This document shows positions 29,324-37,871 of a stretch of DNA of 64,000 nt, piece by piece. Position 1 is the stretch's first letter. Every line of letters begins with the position of its first letter. Position numbers and translations under genes: made by a program. The notes beneath the pieces were generated by a model. The model saw only the letters and a list, made by a program, of their open reading frames with translations. It searched no databases and was not told the origin of the DNA. Origin of the DNA: Bacteroidales bacterium (GTDB lineage Bacteria; Bacteroidota; Bacteroidia; Bacteroidales; VadinHA17); NCBI GenBank assembly GCA_035360515.1, contig DAOSAY010000006.1, positions 11,381 to 75,380 of the forward strand, written 5' to 3'.

Positions 29324-29330
29324 CTGAGCT

Positions 29331-29759
29331 ATGTTACCGATGCTTACAAGAAGAAGTGACAAACCGTTCTTATGGTCTGACCTCTTTGATGATGATTTCT
29401 TCTTCCCGTTCTTTACAACCAGGTATCATTCGATGCCTGCTGTAAACATCAAAGAGGATGAGAAGAAATTCACGCTTGATCTTGCAGTTCCTGGCATTGA
29501 CAAAAAGGATCTGAAGATTGAGCTGAATGAGGATGTTCTGACAATCTCCTCGGAGCGCAAGGAGGAGAAGGAAGAGAGCCGTGAGGATTTCAAGAGAAGA
29601 GAGTTCAGCTATGCATCATTCTGCAGAAGCTTCTCTCTGCCTGAAAATGTTGACAGAGAAAAAATTGAAGCCAGCTATAAAGACGGAATCCTTACAGTGA
29701 CTCTTCCAAAGATGCATGAAGAGAAATCGAAGGTAACGAAACAGATCAAGATATCGTAA
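29331..29759 (+). CDS. Hsp20/alpha-crystallin family small heat-shock protein
   Basis: 142 aa. Alpha-crystallin domain (PAVNIKEDEKKFTLDLAVPGIDKKDLKIEL..GILTVTLPK). Confidence 0.93.
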   Translation: MLPMLTRRSDKPFLWSDLFDDDFFFPFFTTRYHSMPAVNIKEDEKKFTLDLAVPGIDKKDLKIELNEDVLTISSERKEEKEESREDFKRREFSYASFCRSFSLPENVDREKIEASYKDGILTVTLPKMHEEKSKVTKQIKIS

Positions 29760-29781
29760 TTCTGAGGAGAATGTCAGATAC

Positions 29782-29819
29782 AAGAAAGAGGGCTGCTCTA
29801 AGCCCTCTTTCTTTTTTTA
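29782..29819. terminator. bidirectional intrinsic terminator between hsp20 and the flavodiiron gene
   Basis: Perfect 13-bp stem AAGAAAGAGGGCT / AGCCCTCTTTCTT with a 6-nt loop, followed by T-rich sequence on the plus strand. Sits between convergent genes. Confidence 0.8.
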
Positions 29820-31085
29820 TTCCTTATTCAGGTTTTTTCCGGAGCATTGGGAAAGCACAAATTCTCCGAATCTCCTGCCGTATTCTTTCAGTAAACCTGC
29901 TTTTTCGTTTCCGGGGAAAAATTTCACCGTAAGTGGATTTTCAAAATAGGCCAATTTCAGACCCTTAAGTGCAGCTGCAATTATACCCGGAGCTTCACCA
30001 CTCCATCCGTAAGAACCAAAAGAGCCTGCGGGTTTGCCTCTGTCGCGCAAAGGATTTATGAAAGCAAAGAGTCTGTAAACAGGCAGTAGCGTATTCTGAT
30101 TTATCGTTGGAGATCCTACAAGCAATGCATCAGCTTTCATAAGCTCTTTATCCAGCTCACCTGCTGAAATGTTCTCTATATCAAGCAAAGTTGCCTTTAC
30201 CCCCGGAATTTCTTTTATTCCTTCAGCAACTATTTCAGCCATCTTTCCTGTAAAACCATAAGCCGAAACATAGGCAATCAAAACGTTCTTCACTTCACCT
30301 CCAGAAGTAATTTCGACATATTCCCTCGACAACTCTTCGGTAAGCGTAATTATCCTTTCAATATCCCTGTGATGCACAGGCCCATGCCCCGGGCAGATAA
30401 ACCTGATATCCAGCGGTTTTATTTTTTCGATTGCCTTAAGTGCAAAGCGGCTGAAGGGCCTCAGGATAACATCAAAATAATACTTAAAAGACTTAAAATA
30501 ATCCTCCGAAAAATCATTGAACATCTCTTCTGAACAGTAGTGAGCTCCGAACATATCGCAGGTAAAGAGTACCCTGTCCTCCTCAAGCCATGTAAATATT
30601 GAATCGGGCCAGTGAAGATTCGGTGCAGCTATAAACCGTAGTGTTTTGTTGCCAAGGCTGAGGGTATCGCCATCTTTGACAGCAATTGATTTGAATGGCT
30701 TATTTATGATATCTGAAAGATACCTTATCATATTTCCGCTGCCAACAACCGTGGCATCGGGCGCCAGTTCAAGCAGTCTTCCGGTGTTGCCCGAATGGTC
30801 GGGCTCGGTATGGTCAAGAATTATATATTGAATTTCGGAAGGATCGCAAAGCTTCTTTAACTTGCTTATCTGAACATCGCTGAACCTGTCCTTGGCAGCT
30901 TCAACCACAGCCTTTTTCTCAGCATTGATAAAATATGAGTTGTATGTTGTGCCAAACTCTGTCTCCATCACAATATCGAAAGTAACGATATCGTAATCGA
31001 GTACTCCTATCCACTTTACATCGGGAGTAATTTCTATAATTCTGTCATCGGGTTTACGGTCTTTACTTTTACTTTCACTTTTCAT
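29817..31085 (-). CDS. FprA-type flavodiiron protein (metallo-beta-lactamase-like + flavodoxin domains)
   Basis: Di-iron motif LDHTEPDHSG, plus a C-terminal flavodoxin-like domain (LIAYVSAYGFTGKMAE..LVGSPT). Confidence 0.85.
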   Translation of the reverse strand: MKSESKSKDRKPDDRIIEITPDVKWIGVLDYDIVTFDIVMETEFGTTYNSYFINAEKKAVVEAAKDRFSDVQISKLKKLCDPSEIQYIILDHTEPDHSGNTGRLLELAPDATVVGSGNMIRYLSDIINKPFKSIAVKDGDTLSLGNKTLRFIAAPNLHWPDSIFTWLEEDRVLFTCDMFGAHYCSEEMFNDFSEDYFKSFKYYFDVILRPFSRFALKAIEKIKPLDIRFICPGHGPVHHRDIERIITLTEELSREYVEITSGGEVKNVLIAYVSAYGFTGKMAEIVAEGIKEIPGVKATLLDIENISAGELDKELMKADALLVGSPTINQNTLLPVYRLFAFINPLRDRGKPAGSFGSYGWSGEAPGIIAAALKGLKLAYFENPLTVKFFPGNEKAGLLKEYGRRFGEFVLSQCSGKNLNKE

Positions 31086-31756
31086 AGCCGTGCAATTATG
31101 CTTTTGTTTGCCCTGACGTGTTGAAGTAAAGGTACTTCCACTTCTGTACCCACTGGCAGGAAAATGTCAACCCTCGACCCGAACTTAATAAATCCAAGCT
31201 CATCGCCCTGCTGTACAGCCTGTCCCCTTTTTGCATAGGTTACAATTCGCCTTGCCACTGCACCTGCTATCTGGCGTACCAGTATCTCCTTACCGTCGGG
31301 CGTTTCTATTACAACGCTTGTCCGTTCATTTAGTTCAGACGATTTCGGGTGCCAGGCAACTATATTTCTGCCAGGTGAATGACTTACATATTTTACTGTC
31401 CCTGAAACAGGATATCTGTTACTGTGCATATTGAAAGGGGACATAAAAATTGATATCTGCAGACGGGTGTCCCTGAAGTATTCTTTTTCAAATGTTTCCT
31501 CTATTACAACCACCTTCCCGTCGGCAGGAGAATAAACCAGTCCGTGAACCGGCTCTATCTTTCTTTCGGGCAGACGAAAAAAGAAGAGCAGGAAAATATA
31601 AAGAAGGAGTGAGAATATCAAAAAGCCCCATCTGAAAAGGGTAAGCCCGGGCCATAATATGCCTACCACAACATTGAGTAAGGCAAGTACAAGAAATCCG
31701 AAAAAAAGTATCTTATATCCTTCCTTGTGAATACTCATTTTAGAAAATTTGCACAA
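31082..31756 (-). CDS. psd: phosphatidylserine decarboxylase proenzyme
   Basis: Short-type Psd with a G-S self-cleavage site in FIKFGSRVDIFLP and an N-terminal TM anchor. The likely start is M7 (31738). Overlaps the fprA start by 4 nt. Confidence 0.85.
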   Translation of the reverse strand: MCKFSKMSIHKEGYKILFFGFLVLALLNVVVGILWPGLTLFRWGFLIFSLLLYIFLLFFFRLPERKIEPVHGLVYSPADGKVVVIEETFEKEYFRDTRLQISIFMSPFNMHSNRYPVSGTVKYVSHSPGRNIVAWHPKSSELNERTSVVIETPDGKEILVRQIAGAVARRIVTYAKRGQAVQQGDELGFIKFGSRVDIFLPVGTEVEVPLLQHVRANKSIIARL

Positions 31757-31776
31757 ACTTAATTAAGTCAAATGAA

Positions 31777-32616
31777 TCATCCAAAAAGCATAAAATAAAG
31801 GTAAACAATCGGAAATGATATAAGCACGCCATCGAATCTGTCGAGAAATCCTCCATGACCCGGCATTATGCTGCCCGAATCCTTTAATCCGGCACTTCTT
31901 TTAAGCATGGATTCGGCAAGATCGCCATACGTACCTGATATGGAAATAATTACAGCAACAATAATCCAACCCGACACTCCTATTATACCCAGCCATCCTG
32001 AGATAAGATAACCAACCAGAATTGTAAAAGCCATTCCGCCGAAAAAGCCTTCCCACGATTTCTTTGGTGACACTTTTTCAAAGAGACGGTGACGGCCTAA
32101 AGTAATTCCGACCAGATATGCGACAGTGTCATTGGTCCAGAGTAGCAATAGAAATCCGATCACAATTCCCGGAGAAAACTCAGTGTTGTGCCTGAGGAGT
32201 GAAGTTAATCCCTGATGTGAAAAGGCAGTGTGAGGCATTAGGGAAAAAGGCAGTGCGATATACAGAAGCGGAAAGAGCGTATGTGCCAGCGAATCAAAAG
32301 GCCGTTCCTGTGAGCGGTAAAGTTCTGCAACAATAATTAAAATTATAATGGGCACCAGTATTAAAATCCATCTTAAGTCGACTTTACCGGCAGCTGCAAG
32401 CGTTGATACAGTATATGCTGTAATTCCCGCAATTAAACCCGGAATCATTTGAGGATTTATTCCGGTTTTAATTATCAGCCTGTAATACTCATATTGAGTG
32501 CAAGAAAGAATTACCAGGCCTGTAATGAAAAAAGAAACCGGGTGTAGCCAGAAACCACCCAGTACAAAGATTACGATAAAAATGCCCGTAAAAGTTCTTT
32601 TAAAGAATTCGTTCAA
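31777..32616 (-). CDS. cdsA: phosphatidate cytidylyltransferase
   Basis: Signature SMLKRSAGLKDSGSIMPGHGGFLDRFD. Confidence 0.92.
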   Translation of the reverse strand: MNEFFKRTFTGIFIVIFVLGGFWLHPVSFFITGLVILSCTQYEYYRLIIKTGINPQMIPGLIAGITAYTVSTLAAAGKVDLRWILILVPIIILIIVAELYRSQERPFDSLAHTLFPLLYIALPFSLMPHTAFSHQGLTSLLRHNTEFSPGIVIGFLLLLWTNDTVAYLVGITLGRHRLFEKVSPKKSWEGFFGGMAFTILVGYLISGWLGIIGVSGWIIVAVIISISGTYGDLAESMLKRSAGLKDSGSIMPGHGGFLDRFDGVLISFPIVYLYFMLFG

Positions 32617-32617
32617 T

Positions 32618-32815
32618 CTACAAATTTTTTAATAACTGTTTTGCTCTGATCACGTTATCGCGATGGACATAAAGTTCTAACTCACCAAAGCGGTAACTTC
32701 TGTCCTTTTTATTGATAATCACCGAATCGATACCGTTTTCCTTGAGTAAAATTCTGGCAATTTCAATTTTAACATCTTCAGCCGTTTCGTAAACTTTAGC
32801 CCATTCTTTCTCCAT
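32618..32815 (-). CDS. DUF2007-like small protein (putative signal-transducing fold)
   Basis: 65 aa. The pattern (VYETAEDVKIEIARILLKENGIDSVIINKKD..) resembles DUF2007. Wedged between ftsH and cdsA with overlapping or abutting ends. Confidence 0.5.
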   Translation of the reverse strand: MEKEWAKVYETAEDVKIEIARILLKENGIDSVIINKKDRSYRFGELELYVHRDNVIRAKQLLKNL

Positions 32816-34937
32816 TGTTGTTTTCCGGTTGATTCTCGTTTGCAGGAATCTTAACAGCAGTTTTATCTTTCATTTTCTTAGCCTTTCTATTCTTTTTCCT
32901 GCCTTTTCCCTCATCCGTTTCATCAACAGGCTCAGTAATTTCTGAATCTTTCTTTTCCTTTTCCCCTGAAACGGTTTCGCCGGCAGGCTTTACCACTTCA
33001 GCTTTTCTTTTACCGAATATTTTCTCAAGGTCCTCGCTGTAGATTACTTCTTTTTCCAGGAGCAGTTCGGCGAGTTTAACAAGTCCCTTCTTATTCTTTT
33101 CCAGAACATTGAGTGCTCGTTGATAGGCTTCATCCACAATCTTCTTTACTTCCTTGTCTATCAGTTCTGCCGTTTTTTCGCTGTAAGGTTTGGTGAAATT
33201 GAAGTCGGCCTGTCCTGTAGAGTCGTAGAAGCTTATATTGCCTATTTTTTCACTCATACCAAAGTAAGCCACCATTGCATAAGCCTGTTTGGTAACTTTT
33301 TCGAGGTCGCTGAGTGCTCCAGTTGATATTTTCCCGAACACCAGTTGTTCTGCTGCTCTTCCGCCCATAGCATATGCCATCTCGTCGAGTATCTGTTCGC
33401 GTGTTGTCAGCTGGCGCTCTTCGGGCAGATACCATGCTGCTCCGAGTGCTTTCCCACGTGGAATTATGGTCACCTTTACAAGCGGGCTTGCATGCTCAAG
33501 CAACCAGCTCACAGTTGCATGTCCGGCTTCGTGGTATGCAATGGTCTTTTTTTCTTCGTATGATATTATCTTGTTTTTCTTCTCAAGGCCACCTATAATT
33601 CTGTCAATTGCATCAAGAAAGTCCTGTTTTTCTATTACAGTTTTGTTCTTCCTTGCAGCTATCAGGGCTGCTTCGTTGCATACGTTTGCAATATCGGCTC
33701 CTGAAAAACCTGGTGTCTGGCGGGCAAGGAAGGATACATCAAGATCTTTTTCAAGCTTTAATGGACGCATGTGTACCTTAAAGATTGCTTCCCTTTCCTT
33801 GAGGTCGGGAAGCTCAACATGTATCTGCCTGTCGAACCTGCCGGCACGCAGAAGTGCCCTGTCGAGAATATCGGCACGGTTGGTTGCTGCCAGAATAATC
33901 ACTCCCATATTTGTTCCGAAGCCATCCATCTCTGTAAGCAACTGATTTAATGTGCTCTCCCTTTCATCATTTGCGCCGAAATTAGGATTACGCCCTCTTG
34001 CCCTTCCTATGGCATCTATCTCGTCGATGAAGACAATACATGGTGCCTTCTCTTTTGCCTGTTTGAACAGATCCCTTACACGTGAGGCACCTACCCCAAC
34101 AAACATTTCAACAAACTCCGAACCCGAGATTGAAAAGAAAGGCACATTGGCTTCACCCGCTACAGCCTTTGCAAGCAGTGTCTTACCCGTTCCCGGAGGA
34201 CCAATGAGAAGTGCACCCTTGGGTATCTTACCCCCCAGCTGGGTGTACTTCTTCGGATTCTTCAGAAAATCAACTATCTCCATCACCTCGGTCTTTGCCT
34301 CCTCAAGACCTGCAACATCGCTGAAATTAATCTTTACACTCGTGTCTTTGTCAAATATCTGCGGCCTCGATTTTCCAACACTGAAAATTCCTCCCGAACC
34401 TCCTCCAGCACCTCCTGTAACCTTCTTCATAATAAAAATCCAGAGAACAAGCAGGAACAAAAAAGGAAGCATCCAACCAAGTATGTCGGCCAGATAATTT
34501 TTACGGTTAATATATTCGGGATAAATTATCTCATCATCGGTATAACCCGACGCTTTTTGAGTATCAATCAGAAATGTTTCAAACCGGCTCAGGTCGCCAA
34601 TATTGTAAATATAATGAGGTCTTGGGCCAGATAAACCTGTAGCGGAGGTGTTTTTGGCAACTTTTGAGTGTTTATCCGACTCCAGCGCCTTTTCATTCAG
34701 GTAAATCTCTGCCTGGTCTTTATTGACAACTATAATCTTCTCAATTTCACGACTGGTAAGTAATTCCCTGAGTTTACCGGTATTGATTTTCTCAACGGTT
34801 TTACCTCCGTAAAATATCTGAAAAAACAAAATGGATAATGCAATGATGGCAAAAATCCAGTTCGAATTGAACCTGGGTTTCTGGTTTTTGTCACCCTGCT
34901 TTCCCTGGTTACTATTTTCTCTTCTTTCTTCCGGCAT
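32796..34937 (-). CDS. ftsH: ATP-dependent zinc metalloprotease FtsH
   Basis: Two TM segments, Walker [12 protein letters not shown] region, HEAGHA zinc site. Lys/Glu-rich C-terminal extension. Confidence 0.95.
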   Translation of the reverse strand: MPEERRENSNQGKQGDKNQKPRFNSNWIFAIIALSILFFQIFYGGKTVEKINTGKLRELLTSREIEKIIVVNKDQAEIYLNEKALESDKHSKVAKNTSATGLSGPRPHYIYNIGDLSRFETFLIDTQKASGYTDDEIIYPEYINRKNYLADILGWMLPFLFLLVLWIFIMKKVTGGAGGGSGGIFSVGKSRPQIFDKDTSVKINFSDVAGLEEAKTEVMEIVDFLKNPKKYTQLGGKIPKGALLIGPPGTGKTLLAKAVAGEANVPFFSISGSEFVEMFVGVGASRVRDLFKQAKEKAPCIVFIDEIDAIGRARGRNPNFGANDERESTLNQLLTEMDGFGTNMGVIILAATNRADILDRALLRAGRFDRQIHVELPDLKEREAIFKVHMRPLKLEKDLDVSFLARQTPGFSGADIANVCNEAALIAARKNKTVIEKQDFLDAIDRIIGGLEKKNKIISYEEKKTIAYHEAGHATVSWLLEHASPLVKVTIIPRGKALGAAWYLPEERQLTTREQILDEMAYAMGGRAAEQLVFGKISTGALSDLEKVTKQAYAMVAYFGMSEKIGNISFYDSTGQADFNFTKPYSEKTAELIDKEVKKIVDEAYQRALNVLEKNKKGLVKLAELLLEKEVIYSEDLEKIFGKRKAEVVKPAGETVSGEKEKKDSEITEPVDETDEGKGRKKNRKAKKMKDKTAVKIPANENQPENNNGERMG

Positions 34938-35322
34938 AATTCTTTTTTACCTTAACAATATCTTCAAGTTTTTCAATTTCTGCGTCAGCCCATAACGATT
35001 CCAGGCTGTAAAAATTTCTGTACTCTTCCTGAAAAATATGTACCACAACATCGATATAATCAAGAAGCACCCAGAAACAATTCTCCAGTCCTTCTATATG
35101 AGACGGCTTTTCACCCGTCTCTTTTCTAACCATTTCCTCAACAGAACTCGTAATAGCATCTACCTGAGTAACAGAATTCCCGTGGCAAATTATAAAGTAA
35201 TCCGTGATCCTGTTTTCAAAAGTTCTTAAGTCTATTTTAATTACATCCTTACCCTGCTTCTCAAAAATACCCTTCACAACACTTTTTATAAGCAATTCTG
35301 TTCCGTCAGGCTTTTTTTTCAT
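34912..35322 (-). CDS. rsfS: ribosome silencing factor RsfS
   Basis: Core ITDYFIICHGNSVTQVDAI..WVLLDYIDVVVHIF. I place the start at the internal ATG 35322 (MKKKPDG..) because a TACTTTTG -7 box lies at 35350-35357, downstream of the track start at 35364. Confidence 0.85.
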   Translation of the reverse strand: MKKKPDGTELLIKSVVKGIFEKQGKDVIKIDLRTFENRITDYFIICHGNSVTQVDAITSSVEEMVRKETGEKPSHIEGLENCFWVLLDYIDVVVHIFQEEYRNFYSLESLWADAEIEKLEDIVKVKKNYAGRKKRK

Positions 35323-35349
35323 TAAAAAATTCTCTTTATTTTGCAAATG

Positions 35350-35357
35350 CAAAAGTA
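35350..35357 (-). promoter_or_regulatory. -7 box (TACTTTTG) candidate for rsfS-ftsH operon
   Basis: TAnnTTTG match on the minus strand, 28 nt upstream of ATG 35322. Confidence 0.4.
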
Positions 35358-35465
35358 CAAACAATTATCAGTATTTTTGTAAAAGCCTGCCAATTTTTGC
35401 AAGATTAATACCATATTGTATTAAATTAACTGTAAAAACATTAACTTTTACAAACAAATATTATT

Positions 35466-36203
35466 ATGATAATCGGTTCCAGAAAAGTCTACTTTGAAAA
35501 ATTATCATCAACCAATACTCATGCAGCAGCCATGCTGAGAAAAGGCAGGGTACTGGAAGGAACTATAGTATATACAGGTTTCCAGACTGCAGGTAAAGGG
35601 CAGGCCGGAAACAGATGGGAAAGTGAAAAGGACAAGAATCTGCTGCTGAGTGTTATTCTCTACCCCACCACAATCAGGGCCGACAGACAGTTTCTGATTT
35701 CAAAAGTTATTTCACTGGGTGTGAGTGATTTTCTGAGGACATATGTGTATGACGTTACAATAAAATGGCCTAACGATATCTATGTAAAGAATGAAAAAAT
35801 TGCTGGAATTCTTATTGAAAATTCCATTATCAGAAATGAAATTGACCATTCCATTGCAGGCATAGGGATTAACATCAATCAGCAGCATTTTCCCCGCCAT
35901 CTGCCCAACCCAACTTCACTGAAAATCCTAACCGGAAAGGATTACGACCTTGAGCAGTGCCTCAACGAACTGGCAGCCAAGCTCGATGCCCGCTACAAAC
36001 TGCTTCTTTATAATCGCATAGGAAGAATAGAAGAAGATTACAAAAATTCGCTCTACCGCTTCGGCCAGTTCACAGAATTCAGTGATAACAGGGGTGTTTT
36101 CGAAGGAAAGATCATTTCGGTAACCGATACTGGTAGAATCCAGATAGAGGACAGAAGAGGAAGAATTTATGAATACGGTTTCAATGAGGTAGACTTTCTT
36201 TAA
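35466..36203 (+). CDS. birA: biotin--[acetyl-CoA-carboxylase] ligase (class I, no HTH)
   Basis: 245 aa. Biotin/ATP loop QTAGKGQAGNRWES and the KWPNDIY block. Confidence 0.88.
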   Translation: MIIGSRKVYFEKLSSTNTHAAAMLRKGRVLEGTIVYTGFQTAGKGQAGNRWESEKDKNLLLSVILYPTTIRADRQFLISKVISLGVSDFLRTYVYDVTIKWPNDIYVKNEKIAGILIENSIIRNEIDHSIAGIGININQQHFPRHLPNPTSLKILTGKDYDLEQCLNELAAKLDARYKLLLYNRIGRIEEDYKNSLYRFGQFTEFSDNRGVFEGKIISVTDTGRIQIEDRRGRIYEYGFNEVDFL

Positions 36204-36616
36204 TCATTCCATCCCGAAAAATTTTCCATCTCATTTACTATCGCACCGAATACAGCATCGAGCTGTGGCTTCGCAATAATGCCTGTAAGCCTATCCATTT
36301 CTGCTCTTAACGTAACCTGCACATCACAGGAATTTACTTCTGCACCACCGGTTATTATGGTTTCGATAATGAAGCTTATCTTCGAAAGAGCCGTACCACT
36401 GAAAACAACCTTCTCCTCAGGAATTTTTTCACTGATACCGATTTTCATTTCACCCATGCCTGAAAGAGAAAATGAGCATTTTTCTTCCGAAGCATTCCAT
36501 CCCTGCCGGAGAGACTCCGGAATAAACCTGCCAAAATTTCTTATATCGGTCACGAAGTTGTAAAAGTCCTGTTTCCCACAAGATACTTTTACTGTTCTTT
36601 CGTTTGAATATATCAT
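36200..36616 (-). CDS. SRPBCC-like (START/polyketide-cyclase fold) hypothetical protein
   Basis: The start is taken at internal M31 (MIYSNERTVKV..), just downstream of the pyrE stop. The track ORF extends to 36706 and would overlap pyrE by 86 nt. Fold assignment is weak, based on pattern only. Confidence 0.45.
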   Translation of the reverse strand: MIYSNERTVKVSCGKQDFYNFVTDIRNFGRFIPESLRQGWNASEEKCSFSLSGMGEMKIGISEKIPEEKVVFSGTALSKISFIIETIITGGAEVNSCDVQVTLRAEMDRLTGIIAKPQLDAVFGAIVNEMENFSGWND

Positions 36617-36620
36617 TGCC

Positions 36621-37274
36621 TTACACGCCCCATTTTGATGGATCTTTTCTCCACTCCCTGAGGGTTTCCACATCAGCCTGTCCGATATATCCCGTTTCGA
36701 GGGCACAGTCGATAAGTGTATTATAATCGCTTAAGGTATGAAGTTCACAATTCTCCGAAAGAAACCCCTCCGCAGCTTTCTGAAATCCGTAAGTAAATAT
36801 TGCTATCATACCAAGCACCTCACATCCTGCTTCCCTCAGCGCACGGACAGCTCCGAGGCTTGTCCCGCCGGTGGACACCAGATCTTCTATTACAACCACT
36901 TTCTGACCCTTTTCAAAATAACCCTCTATCTGATTGCCCAGCCCATGGCTTTTGGCTTCAGACCTCACATAAATAAAAGGAAGCCCCATCTTCTGAGCAA
37001 CAAGCGCCCCATGGGCAATTGCCCCTGTGGCTACTCCTGCAATAACCTCAACATCAGGATAATAGCTTTTAACTGCCTGAATAAACGAGTCACAAATGAA
37101 GGTTCGGACCTCGGGAAACGACAGGGTTTTCCTGTTATCGCAATATATAGGTGATTTCCACCCCGAAGCCCATGTAAAAGGATTTGATGGTTGTAATTTT
37201 ATTGCTTTAATTTGCAATAAATATTCCGCGATTTTTTTTGAAACGTTTTCCATATGACGACTTATAAGGTTCAT
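36621..37274 (-). CDS. pyrE: orotate phosphoribosyltransferase
   Basis: PRPP-binding motif VVVIEDLVSTGGTS and N-terminal PFTWASGWKSPIYCDNR. An alternative start at 37253 (MENVSKK). Confidence 0.93.
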   Translation of the reverse strand: MNLISRHMENVSKKIAEYLLQIKAIKLQPSNPFTWASGWKSPIYCDNRKTLSFPEVRTFICDSFIQAVKSYYPDVEVIAGVATGAIAHGALVAQKMGLPFIYVRSEAKSHGLGNQIEGYFEKGQKVVVIEDLVSTGGTSLGAVRALREAGCEVLGMIAIFTYGFQKAAEGFLSENCELHTLSDYNTLIDCALETGYIGQADVETLREWRKDPSKWGV

Positions 37275-37871
37275 TTTGAAAACAGGTACATTTTACTGAG
37301 CCGGGAACCCGACCGGTTACAAAAGTACAGCTTATTCCATAAATACAGCACAACTTCGGAACTTTATAAGCTCATAGCCACATTTCAGGAAGACAAGAGC
37401 ATCCACTCAGTAAATATTTACGGACCCGACATAACCCATATCTGGAAACTTTTCCGGATTTATTTTTCTGAAGTGCAAGCTGCAGGAGGACTTGTTAAGC
37501 ATACTTCTGGAAGATACCTATTCATCAGAAAGCGAGGTAAATGGGATTTACCCAAAGGACATGTAGATAAAAACGAAACCCCCGAAGAGTGTGCACTGCG
37601 TGAAGTGCAAGAGGAATGCGGTATTACAGGATGTACCATCATAAAGCCGCTCGAGCCAAGTTATCACACCTATACCATTGAAGGTATTTCTTACCTGAAA
37701 AAAACGAGCTGGTTTTTAATGGATTACAGCGGGGAGATGATAAAGAAACCGGAAGAAAGAGAACATATCACAGAGGTTGCCTGGCTATTGCCTGAAGAGA
37801 TTCCGGATATAAAAAAAGATCTCTGGCTCTCACTTACAGACCTGATTTACAAACACGTACTTACCGACTAA
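37254..37871 (+). CDS. NUDIX hydrolase with about 75-aa N-terminal extra domain
   Basis: Nudix box GHVDKNETPEECALREVQEECGI. Confidence 0.85.
   Translation: MTTYKVHFENRYILLSREPDRLQKYSLFHKYSTTSELYKLIATFQEDKSIHSVNIYGPDITHIWKLFRIYFSEVQAAGGLVKHTSGRYLFIRKRGKWDLPKGHVDKNETPEECALREVQEECGITGCTIIKPLEPSYHTYTIEGISYLKKTSWFLMDYSGEMIKKPEEREHITEVAWLLPEEIPDIKKDLWLSLTDLIYKHVLTD

Noticed and set aside
33289-33945. 218-aa ORF antisense to ftsH, plus smaller ones at 33345-33563, 33374-33598 and 33952-34497
   Set aside because: These are shadow ORFs of a highly conserved gene. They have Ser/Ala/Arg-rich low-information sequence and no start context.
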